Under the pieces are notes generated by a model, which saw nothing but the letters and a program-made list of their open reading frames with translations, was not told the origin of the DNA and made no database searches. From Vicugna vicugna (Eukaryota), in the NCBI GenBank assembly GCA_013265495.1, contig MU057887.1:1747985-1811984 (forward strand): a stretch of 64,000 bases of DNA, written 5' to 3'. A program made the translations under genes and the position numbers. The stretch's first letter is position 1, and each line of letters begins with the position of its first letter. This document shows, one piece after another, positions 23,401 to 34,900 of the stretch.

Positions 23401-25164
23401 GGTCCTGCCCTCGCGGAGACGTGACAGGTTGGAATCCAGAGCCCTTCCCTGAAAACCCACTAGGCAGACGTCTTCCAGCGAGAAGTCAGATCTGCGTCTG
23501 TTCGCTCTCCACTTCTGTGGGGAAGGATCCCCTTGCCTTGTGGGCATTTTCAGTGCTGCGTCACGGTGGCGGGCGCTCCTGCTCCAGTTGGGAGTGTGTG
23601 TGTGCGAGGACACGCGTGCACGTGTTCAGCCCAGAGAGTCCTGACTGTACGGGGTCGAGTGCCTTCCACACCTGGCTGCTCGCGTGGAGGTTGCCCTCTC
23701 ACTTGTGTGCCTGTCACCTGGAGGCCCGTCCCCGCAGATCCTGGGGCCGTGAATGCTGTCTCCCTGTCCCCGGGGCCTCCTGAGGCTGTTCCCTGTGCCT
23801 CCCCCAGGCCTCCCTGAGGACACATTGTCCTCTCTCAGCACCAGCCCAGCACAAGCCTGCGGGAACCGCCAGGACCCGCAGGTGCAGCACCTCATGGCTT
23901 CAAACAGCACAGGCTGATCGTCTCAGTCCCAGAAGCCTGCTGGGTCTTGCAGGGCTGGGTCAGGGCATGGGTGCGCTGAGGCCTCTCTGGGGCTCCGGGG
24001 AGAGTTTGCTCCCTTGCCTTTTTCTGGCCTGAGTTGCTTGCCTTGTGGCCCCTTTGTCCTCCTTCCAAGTCCTTGATGGTGGGTTGCGGGTTCTTGAGCT
24101 CTGGCATTGACCCTCCTGCCTCCTGTCCACCTTCAGGGGCCCTGGGATCACACTGGGCCCATGTGAGTGGTCCAGGGTACTTTCCTATTTCAGTCGGTTT
24201 ATTAGCAACTTTAAGTCCCCTTGCCAGGTTCCAGGAATCAGGCCTGAGCACCTTTGGGGGGTCCTTATTCTGCTTCTTGGGCGCCCAGTGTAAGTCTGTT
24301 ACTGCACGAGTCCAGTTGAAACCCTCATCCTGAAAACGGTCCCCAAGCGGTGGCTGAGACTCCCAAGGGCAGTTCTGTGCGGACGCCCTGGGGTGGGATG
24401 CGGTGGACGGCGCCACCGTTCTCTCTGGCTGGTTTGTGTTCCCTCGGGTGATGACAGTGGCAGGCACCTGACCTCCTGATCCCAAGTGAACCCTCATGCG
24501 CCTCCCCCGCAGCGTTTCCATGAGACCCAGCGGGGCCTTATAGGCAGCACTGTTGTTCTTATAGGAGCCCAGAGTGGGGGTGTTACTGGCCGAAGTCACA
24601 CAGCTCCTGAGTAATAGAGCTGGGCTCTCACTCCAGGGCTGTCTGACTGAAGACCCTCGTCCCCTCCACCATCTTCCCATCTTAGTCTATGAACCTCTCC
24701 GCCTGAGTTCACTGAGACCGAAGCTAGAAGTTGACTCTGCTCACGTGGTGACTGTGCCTGTGGCGGGGGCCCTTGGGTCACCAGCATGATGCTGGTGCTG
24801 CTGGCACCCGGTGGGGTCCCGCTTCGCATCAGCCGCCCGCAGTGCTGCGTGTTCCCAGCCAGCAGACCCTGCCTCTCCAGCTCTTTGTTCAATCTAAATG
24901 TAAATACCTTAATTTCCATCTAGAAATGCTCTTGCAGACATTCCCAGGGCTGGTGTGCCCCCTGACGTCGGGAAGTGTTGGGCTGCACCTTCTCAGTGTG
25001 AGACGGGGTCACACTGCACACGCAGCCTGACGCACTGCGTGTCGATCACTGTGTGATTCTGTTCTGTTCTCAGGCGGTTCGCGCTTATTCCTCTGCCCTT
25101 TCCCCCTCTGGGAAGAGTGTTTCATTTGCTAGGCTTATGATGTTCGTTGTCCTTCTTCCCTTAG

Positions 25165-25240
25165 GACAACTACACCTTTGCCCAACCTGGGATTCAGATG
25201 AAAGTGAAGATGTTGGAGGAGCTCGTGAGCCGGATTGATG
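25165..25240 (+). CDS. TBC1D22A: TBC1D22A internal coding exon (76 nt; phase 0 in, phase 1 out)
   Basis: Acceptor ccttcttcccttag| and donor ATG|gtaagc. Encodes DNYTFAQPGIQMKVKMLEELVSRID plus one G. Missed by the ORF track. Confidence 0.97.
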
Positions 25241-28200
25241 GTAAGCCAGCTGCCCAGGCGCCCCTCTCCCTGGGGGCGGCGCGGCGCGGGGAGGCTCCGG
25301 GCCTCGCCTGACAGGATGCGCAGCCCGCAGCCCCTGGCTCAACCCCACCGCAGAGCCTTCTGAGGACCCACCAGGGCAGGAGCCGCTCCAGTTCCTTCTG
25401 TTAAGACGATGTAATCAGAATTCAGTGCGGCCACTTTGCAGGAAGTAATGAGTGCGTCCTCGAAGCAGGCAGCTCTCACTCCTTATTAAGCCTGGTGATT
25501 GTCATAATCTGGGCGACAGCCTGGTCGTTTATGGCCGTCCTCTGGCACACTGTTCCTGCCTTCGCACACCGTTTTGCTATCAAGGATGTTGGCGTAATTT
25601 CTCCACGGAATCCAATTAATTACCAGGTCTGAAAATAACATCTTTAATATTGTAGGAAAACTGTAGTGTGTGCTCGGCCATTTTAGATTATGCTTTCATG
25701 TTTAAGTGGGGGCTTTGCAACACTTTCTACCTTCATCCTTCAGACAATTCCCCGTGTGATGTGCTGACTGTCATATTGCAGTAGCAGAGTTTAATTAAAT
25801 GAAAGCGGAGAGAGAATGCTCGCCATTCCACGCATAGTCTCCTGACAGTTTGTTAAATTAACGAGCAGAGCATGAACAGAGTGATAGCAGGCAGAGCCAG
25901 GCTTGGGTGTGCGACCCCGGCCGGTCAGCAATGGTGTGTGGAGGAGAGAGTCTGTCGCCAGCGCCCCGTGTGAGCTTGGCAGGCGGTCTCACCGAATGTG
26001 CTGAGGAAGTGCGCCTGGCTTAAACGTGGCCGTGGCGCCCACGCCCCGGGCTGCCCTCTGAGCCCGTGCGCGGGCAGCGCCGTTTCCCTGGCCGCCCCTT
26101 CAGCAGCAGAAGCTGCAGCAGTAATGATCTTCCCAAGAAAGGCACTTGGTTTGGGAAACTGTTGGGTGACATTGTAGAGTGCAGTCACACAAATTATAAA
26201 CTCCATTCTGTTCCTTGATGGAATCCGATTTTCAGCTGAATCTAATGGTTATTACCTAATTTCCATGTTATGGACTTCTACACAGAACTTGCCGTAGCAC
26301 TGCGTCTGAGTCAGTCTGCTCAGCCGCCTTTCCAGTACCTGCTCAGAGTTCTGCTTTTTGCTTATGTAACTGCGTTTACGTACATTTGTTCTTAACGTCA
26401 CGGGGGGACGTGCTTGCTGTTGTTGGCCTCTTTCCCCCCAGCACTCACACCTGCCCGCCCCCACCCCCCGTCTCGTTTAGTTCTTTGAAGTACGATTTGC
26501 AGTAGCTGTGAATTACGCTTTCTCAGTGGTCCTTCCTTTCCTCCTGTGTCCCGTAGAAGGCATATTTTATGTGTTTGTGGAGGTTAGAAAGTTGTGGTTA
26601 GTGCTCATTTGTTCCAGGGCTGCAGTTTGGGAAATGCCTGAATTGATTTTCTCTGGCGCTGAGGTGTAGAAGCAGCACATCACAGATTTGCTGGGTGTTG
26701 TTTGAAAGAGCAGCACCAGCAGCCAAAGGAATCCCAGCCAGATCCGTCCTTTTTAGAAAATCCCACTTTTATTCTCCCGCAGTGTCTGAGGAGGGCATGT
26801 CCATCCAGTGGTGTTTTTTGTTGGTTGGTTGGTTTGTTTAGATGATCAGTTCTTCACAACAGAGGAAATTCTTTTTTGTGATAGGTTCGGCTGTGTCACC
26901 TGTCTGTGACGGTTGTAATGAAACCTTCAGGAGTTCTGTGATGCGCTGGAACGAGAAATTCCCAAGTAGGAAGTGTGAGAGTTGAAGGTGTGGGCTCTGG
27001 CCCGTGGGCGCCGCCCTCAGCAGCCCTGGCACGCACGGTTTGCCCGTCTCCTTCTTTCTTCCTGCTTCATGGATAGGAAGGTGGACACGGCGATGCTCTT
27101 TGTGACCCTGAAGCAGCAGACTACATGCTAAGGATGGCTGCTTGGCCAGAGTCTTAAAGAGCCCTGGTCTGCCTGCCTCGGCACTACTTTTATGCAGGTA
27201 AAATGAGGGGGAAGGGCCCCCAGGCCCTGTTTCCCCCCCCCCCCCGGAGGAAGCATCTGTGGGCTTGAGACTGTGCAGGGGCTGGAGGATTGTATTAAAG
27301 GCAGGACAACTGGGAAGAAAACACTGCTTCTTAAAAGAGACCACTGCTCCATTTCTGCATTTAAGGGGAAGGACAGTGTTGGTTTCAGAGCTTTTTGGCA
27401 GTTTGGTGAAGGAACACAGCTTCATGGACTTGTTGATAAGGAAAGCTGAGGTTCTGTGGGTGTGGCCCAGATGGGAATGGTTTAGAAATGAGCTAAATTG
27501 CTCCACAGAGAAAAGTTAGAGGAATTTTGGAATTCCAGTAGTCATGTTGGAAGGATATGTGCTTGGAAGTCAGGAAAGGATGGAGAGGTGGAGGAGGGCA
27601 GAGGCCTGGGGGAGGGGAGGGAGGGCAGGGGGGCGAGGGTGGGTGGGGAGAGGGTCCACGTCACCGTCTTATTTTCTAATGTGACGAGTGGCTAAAGAAT
27701 TTCTGAAAAGCACTTTTGAGCAGTTTTCTGTTTTGAGTACGGCCATACCCTACTCCCTGTTACCCTTAAATCTTTAGAAAAAGTCTGTTACGTGGACAGA
27801 AGGTGGTGTGAGTGAAGAAGAAGGCTTGTGTCTGTAATGGAGACCAAGTGGAAAGGTGATGGGCGTTGGCCCAAGAGACTGTATTTTGGGTGATAATCAT
27901 CCCGAGAGAGGTAAGCGGGCTGATGAGAAACCCCAGGGGAATCACCTGTCATCTTTGGGGCAGATCTTTTAGAACTTCCCACAGAATGAGAGATGGAGCC
28001 TTGAGCCACTTACCTGGGAATCTAGAAGGTGAGAGCAGGAGGACCTTCTACTTGCCAGTGGAAAAAAAAGGATGATTGTTTTTTAAAGCCAGCAAATGAG
28101 CAAAAAAATTGATGGGGGTGGTGGGGGGAACGAAACAGAGAAAAAAAGGAAAGAAAGAGGGAAAAAAAGAAAACAGATTTCTTAAAAACGTTGAACTGCT

Positions 28201-28385
28201 AACAAGGAAACATAAAAATTCCTGGCCAGATTCTGGGAGAATGCTACAGCCCGGAGAGATGAGCCCAGCCCTGAAGGCACTACTGCTCTGAGGGTACTTG
28301 CTAATCCAGAAGAAATAATCCCCACATGATTTGTAGTTTTGACAGCTTCATGGAGGGAAGGGTCAAACCTCGGACTCCTGCCTGA

Positions 28386-28437
28386 GGGAAGGAGTCCAGG
28401 AAATGCCCAGGGGGAAGGAGTCCAGGAAATGCCCAGG
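28386..28437. repeat. Perfect 26-bp tandem duplication
   Basis: gggaaggagtccaggaaatgcccagg x2 (28386-28411, 28412-28437). Confidence 0.95.
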
Positions 28438-28699
28438 GGCTTCCTGAGACCCAGAAGACTGACCCTCAGGGTGGAGCTGAAGTGAGAGGGCCCTCGTACA
28501 GACTTGCAGTCTAGGTGTACATCACCGGAGAGGCCCGGGGTTGTTTGGACCTTGATTGTGGTGCTTCTCTACTGGAGCAGAGTGTGTGGGAGAAGCAAAC
28601 CAAGCTCTTCTCTGGAGGAAGTTACTGGAAAGTTGTTCCTCAGATTGTCCCTACATTTTTTTCCCCACATAAAATTATCTACACATAGTTAAAGATAAA

Positions 28700-29760
28700 C
28701 ATACGTTCATGGCTCCTTAAGTGAGAACAGACAGAAATAACAGATAACAGAAGCAGGCCTACAAGATGTTAAGCTTCTGTAATTCTTAGACGTAGACCAC
28801 AAAACTAGCCTCTCTACTGTGTGTGGAGAAACACCAAAAAGAGAAGCTTAAAAATGTTTTCCAGGGTAATAGGAAATACATGATTTTACATAAGAGATTT
28901 GAAAAATATGATAACCAAAGTAAAAACTCAGTGGGCGAGGTTAACAAATTAGACACAGCTGTAGAGAAAATTAGTGAACTGGAAGATTGGTTGGAAGAAA
29001 ATAATCAAAATGAAACATGGAGAGAAAAGAATATGAAAAATATAGGAAGTGAGAGAGTAGAGAGTATGGGTAGGGGCCTCATTTACATTTATCTGGAGCC
29101 CTAGAAGGAGAGGAGAGAGGAAGTGAGAATTGGAAGAGAGAACGATTGAGTTGTTTTCCAAAACTACTGAAATAAACCAATTCACTGACTGAAGAGCTCG
29201 TTGAACCTTCAGGAGAGTGAAGAGAAGACTATGTAAACACGTCACAGGAAAAGTTAACTGGAGGCTGATTCTTCAAGCAGCTAGAGTGAAAGGTTATTTT
29301 CTAAGAGCAGCTGCCTGAGCACTGACTTCTCAACAAGACACAAGGAGGCGTCTTCAGTGCGCTGAGGGAACCAGAGCTGTCCCCCTGGCGTTGCATCCGG
29401 CAGAAACACGCTCCAAGGATGAATCTGAAATTCCTCCGGGAGGCTGCCTAAGTCTGAGCTGTTCTTGCTGCCTCTAAGAAGCGATATAACCGAGAAGGGA
29501 AGCAAGTCAAGCACACACCCGCCCTGCAGGACACCCAGGGCCACAGTCGCTGCGACCGTCAGAGGTCCTGGAAGTCGGCACCCATCCAGCCTGGGGCGCC
29601 GGGGGTCGGTGCAAAACGTCTGTGGGAAAAGGAGTGGGTTTATGGGCATCTTAGGAGTAGAACCAGATAAAATCACCGCAGGAAGGCAAAATCCCACCCA
29701 GAATGGAGAAATACTAAGAGTGGGTCTGTGGTCCACGAGATCACAGCACTGGCTACTGGG
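28700..29760 (+). mobile_element. Old L1 ORF1 region relic (sense orientation)
   Basis: ORF 28823-29104 gives KNSVGEVNKLDTAVEKISELEDWLEENNQNETWREK, like the L1 ORF1p coiled coil (NSRLDTAEERISELED). The downstream gacttctcaac and aaaatcccacc segments are L1-like. Confidence 0.75.
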
Positions 29761-30249
29761 AAATTGGAGAGGATTTGGGATTTCCGGATGAGCAGCTGCT
29801 ATAGCCTTAGCAGAATCTGTTTCTAACGGTTACTTGCTTCTCCAAGGTGAATTCTTACGCCCCATTTTTTGGGGTAAGGGCTTGCCTAGGGGTTTCTCGT
29901 TCCTGCCAAACTGAGCTTTATTTTGGCCCTGGAGTGGAGCGAGCTGCTTCTTGTGCAAATGAGTTGCTGCTATGGGGCCGGCCACCCTCCAGCAGGCCAC
30001 CTCTGAGCCCTGCTGGGGACGTTTGCTGTTTCCTTGGGGCACTCTGGCTGCAGGTGGGTGACGGAAGGATGAGTCTGGGAAACCAGGGCTGTGTCCTCTG
30101 CTCCTTTGGGGCAGGTTAGATTTGAACCCCCTCGCACAGGGTACGAGCACACAGCTTGGCCCCAGGAGTGCGTTGGGGCTCAGTGCACACAGGGACCGAG
30201 CTCTGAGTGCTGATTATAAGGGTCTCACCAGGCAGAAGCCAGATGTCAC

Positions 30250-30700
30250 TGTTGCCAGTCGGGAGGCTCAGCTCTGCTTTGTGGACAGACAGCCTGAAAT
30301 CTCAGCAGCTTAAACAACAAACATTTGTTTCTCCCTTACATGGCACGTCCCCTGTGGCTTGACTGGGGTCCCTGTTCTGTGTGGTCCTCACTTTGGGGCT
30401 CAGGCTGCTGGAACCGCTGCCTTCAGCAGTTTCCCGGCCCCGTTGCTGTGATGAGGGAGAAGCTTTGGGGGTTGCTCATGGGCTCTTAACACTTTCAGCA
30501 GAAAGTGGTACCCAACACTCGGCTGCATTTCATTGGCCAAAGCAAGTCACGTGCTGTAGCGAGAGGCAGGAGGAAAGAGAAATGCCCCCCCAACCCCGGG
30601 CTGGGAGAGCCCCATGCTCTTGTGGACAGAGTAACAGGCACGGTGTAGGGAGGAGTTCGGAGTTAGAAGCATGTGCTCTCGATATTTTTGTTAGCTGTCA
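30250..30700 (-). mobile_element. ERVL-MaLR LTR (MLT1K/L-like)
   Basis: aaatctcagcagcttaaacaacaaacatttgtttctc...gtggtcctcactttggggctcaggctg...cattggccaaagcaagtcac. Confidence 0.7.
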
Positions 30701-31879
30701 GACTGTTCCCTACTTAGCAAAGGATTGCTCTACATAAAATTAACAGTTCACACCAGTCATCGGTAATTTATTGCCTCAGTAGTAAATACATGTTAACACT
30801 CCATGGACTGGTAGAATTTTAACATACAAAGCACTGGCGGAAATTTTTGTGTATTTGAAAGTGAAATTTCAACTTCCGCAGTGTACTCAGGTGGCCTACC
30901 TTGTGCATCTGTTGTCCTTGAATCTGTTACACCTGATGCCAACCTTTGAGGTCACGTGATCTCCAGTTGCCCCCGCGTTCAGCCCTCGGGCTCTTCGAAA
31001 GACTGCAGTCTGAGCCCCTTAGCCCGAGTCCTGGGACTGGGCCCACCTGCGGGCAGCCCCACCCTGGCTTCTGTACCTGCATCTTTTGTGACAGGAGATC
31101 ATGTAAATGGAATACTGGCTGTGTCTTTTGATCGAAAAAAGTCATGGAGAACCTATTTCAGTGTTAAAAAGAAACATTTGCAGGTAGTCAGCCTCAGCAG
31201 ATGTGTGCATCTGGTTACGGCCACGCTTGGCTTTCTCACAAGACTTAACATCAGATTCAAAGAGTTGTGTCACAGATCACTGAGTTGTCCCCAGGGAAGG
31301 AAACAGGCACGAAGAGGGAAGCTGGCGGCTGGCTCCTGGGGGACTTGGCCAGCGAGGTCTGCTGGGCTCTGCCCTCAGGTTGTTGAGGGCCGTAAAGCCG
31401 AGGCTCTGGTGGGCCAGGGAGGCGGAGAAGCCTGAACCACCCCCGGGGCTGCTCAGGGTGGCCGGAGCCACCATCCAGAGCGTGCCTTTTCAGTCTTCGT
31501 ACCCAAGCTCTGCTTTCTCCCCGTGCAGAAAACAGCCGTGGTGAACCCTTCCCATCTGATCTTAGCGGTGTCAGATTTAGCAAATAAAAATATCAAACAC
31601 TCAGTTAAATTTGAAATTCAGACAAATAACGGACCATTTTTTAATATGAGTATGCAATATTTGGCACATACTGAAAGCCAGATTTCGCTGGGCCTCCTGT
31701 ATCTTATCTGGCAGCCCTGCGAGTGGTGAGTTCAGAATGGCGTCAAGTTGAATTCAGACTTAGTCCTTTTGTCCTGGAGGTCGCAGGTGGCGACGAAAAT
31801 AATGCTTACATGTGATGGCCGTTTGAAATTAAAGTTCACACGTGCCAGTATACGTGCCCCGCCAGTACAGTCACACCTG

Positions 31880-31990
31880 CACCTGTACACACACACACCC
31901 CAACACGCATGTACACACCAGTGCGCACACACACCCGTGTACACTGCAGATGTGGTTCGTTTTCTGGGTGTGGCAGCTGTGTGTGAGGTC
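31880..31990. repeat. Imperfect (CA)n/(TG)n low-complexity tract
   Basis: gtacacacacacaccccaacacgcatgtacacaccagtgcgcacacacacccgtgtacac...tgtgtgtg. Confidence 0.65.
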
Positions 31991-34900
31991 GCTGACTTTC
32001 CCGCACCCCCGCCGGGCACACTGACCTCGTTACACTTCCCCGGAGGGGCAGCCTGTCTCCTCCGGGGAGGGGCTTCTCCTGGCCAAAGGCTGGCACTGAC
32101 CTGCACACCAGCTGAGAAGGGTCGACTTTCCACTGGTCACCACGTGATTGTTTGAAGAGAAGTCAGTGTTTTTCACTAGGTTGGATCAGTTTCTGGCTAA
32201 TTTCTGACTTACGAGTGATTATTCTCCGACAGGCTGGCCTAGAACCCCTTGGCCAGTGAATCTGTTCACAGTCCTGCAGAGACTGACCGCCCTGGCAGGG
32301 CAGTTGGAGTTTTCGCGAGGACCACGGATGATGACATTCGGAGAACTGTTGTGTGTCAGTCACCCAAGTCCTCGGGCACGGCCGTGCGGGGCGACCCATG
32401 GCTGCCCGGGACACTAACCTTGTTGATCTTCTGTGACAGTCAGAAGCAGGCCAAGCTCCTAGGAGGTTCTTGCTTTCCGCCTTCCAGTCACTTCCTGAGA
32501 TGCACACCTTCCTCCTCTTGTCCATCCTCCACGCAGCTGCCGAGACTCGCTGTGCACTGGCCTCCGAGGCCCTTCTCAGTCTGACCCACAGCCCTGCCTC
32601 CTCCAGCCGGCTTTAGGCCGCGTTGAATCCTGAAGCGGTTTGTTTGTCCTTACGCACCACATGTGACCTCAGCTTTGCTTGTCCGGTTTGTTAACTTTGC
32701 CTGAAATGCACTTCGGCTGCCTCCCCTGCCTCCCCCAGGCCCTCTTCCACTGCCTGTGCGCAGCAGAGCGGGGCGGTGGTCCCTGGGTTGAGCAAGGGAG
32801 GCAGGTGGGGTACGTGTCAGATGGGACTTTGTCCTTCAGAGTCGCAGCTGAGGAGGAAGTTGGCACCGGGAGCCAGAGACTGACATCAGGGGAGGACTTG
32901 GGAGGCTGGCTGGTGGGGGCTCAGGCTCTGGCTCTGTCACCCCAGGGGTGTGGCCGGCGAGTGACAGCCCCACATTGCCGGTGGTTTCGCCGGGGCTGGG
33001 AGTCAGGGCAGGTAGAGTGCTCACACCAGTGGTGGCGCATTGTGAGCTGCAGCCGACCTGGGCACCGCCATCACCTCGTCGGTGTTTTTAGCATTTTTAT
33101 CAGTTATGTGGTGGGGTTGGGGGGGTGGGCTCCTCTTCCCAGTGAGGGCTGGGGTTGGTCTGGGTTCTCTGTCGACACAGAGTGTTGGACGTCGTGGGCA
33201 AAGTGCCTGTCTGGCGCTGGCTCCCTGGGCAGGCTCCCCTGTCTGGCCTGGGAGGCCGCTTAGCGGGGCCGATACTGCCCCAACCCAGGGAGACCAGGGC
33301 GGGCGCCAGGCTTCATTATTACTAAAATGGACACGTCCGCCCTAGGGGGAAAGATGCCAGAATGCGCTCCTAGAGAATGGTTCTGCCTCGGTATGCTAAC
33401 CAGCTCTGTTGCAGGTACATTTTGCCTTTCCTGTGTTTTTTAATTTAGGTTAAATGTGATTTTAATGAAATTTCTCTGAAAGCTGTCTTGCCTACATTGT
33501 AAGGTTAAAATTGACTTATTCTTTCAAGAGAGAACTTGGTTACAGCTGGTAAACTAGATTCAGCTTTATTACCACCCAAGTGAAAATATTTTTATTTCTG
33601 CTGCACGGTGAGCAGTCAGAGAGCAGAGGCTACACCAGTGGTGGGGCCTGGCCCCGGAGCAGTCGGCGTGCACCGTGAGAACTCGCAGGGACCCCCCCCA
33701 CCCCTGCTCGTTAGACCCCGGACGGCTGGGGCGCCTTTGGGATGAAGGGAGGTTTCACTGTAGACGCGGGGCCCCGGGGTTGGCAAATCACACGTGGAGG
33801 GCGGTGACGTCAGCTGTGGGAGGTCGTGTGGACTCTCGGGGACGCCTCCATGTGTCTGCTTACCAGCCTGCTTCCCTGTCTCAGGCTGAGGCTTTGTCCC
33901 CGTGGACAGGGGTCCCTATTCCGGTGGCTCGGTGCTGGGCCTGCCCAAGGCCTTTGGGCAGCAGGTGCCCTGCGGGTTCTCACTCTCCCAGTGGTGTCCA
34001 GTAGATTTAATGTGCCTTCAGTTGAAAACCTACGTGGCTATTTGGTTGCATTTTTCAGAAGAGGGATGCATTACCCAGTCCAAAAAAATCAACGAAATAG
34101 TGGAAGTTCCCTGTAATCTAAAAAATAGCATGTTAGGGTTACCCCCGGGTTCTGGCTCAGCCTCCTGCACTGACTCTGAAGCTGGTCGCTGCTGATAATG
34201 GTCATCATCATCATCAGGAGAGGGAGAGGGAGAAGAAGCAGCAGCTGTTAAGCACCTGCCGAGTCAGAGGCACCGCCCCCAGCTCTTTATCTGTGTTGTT
34301 GTGTTGATTTGTCACAGCACCCCTTTGAGGTGGGACGTTACGCCGCCCCTTCCCTGGCCTCAGGTTCCCTGCAGGCTGGATGGTCTCCGGTGGCCTCCGG
34401 CTCTGCCCATCCTGGGTCGGTACTGAGCTCGGGCGAGCCCCCTCAGCCGTCCCCCAGCCTCCTGGGGGCCCAGCGCTGTCCTCCGGGCTCAGAGTGACGC
34501 CCGGCCCTGCCTGCGCCCCAGGGTTCCTGGGGGAGGAGCAGGCTGCAGCTGCGCAGAGGCGATGCCCTCCCCAGACCCGCACCCTCTGTGCACGGTTTCT
34601 CTGGGGACTCCTGGCTGTGTCTTGTGCCTTCTGGTGCCCCCCCCCGCATTGTGACGCCCTGTGAAGAGGGAGGGGGCAGAAAATCAAACTTGGCTTCTCT
34701 GAATAGAGGGATCCCGGTCCTAGAGGCCTCCCCAGTGTCGTCTTGGGACCCTGGGGTCAGGCCCGTAGCCCCTCTGGCCGTCTCCCAGGCCAGAGGGCCG
34801 TGTGGGAAGGCAGGCTGTGGCCCTGTCACCTGGGCCTCCCTGACCCTCCTGCTTTCCCTGCTCTGTCTTTCCTGGGCTTGCTGCCTCCCCAGCTCTTTGT

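Noticed and set aside
28823-29104. Coiled-coil protein exon
   Set aside because: It is an L1 ORF1p relic, and the frame breaks on both sides.
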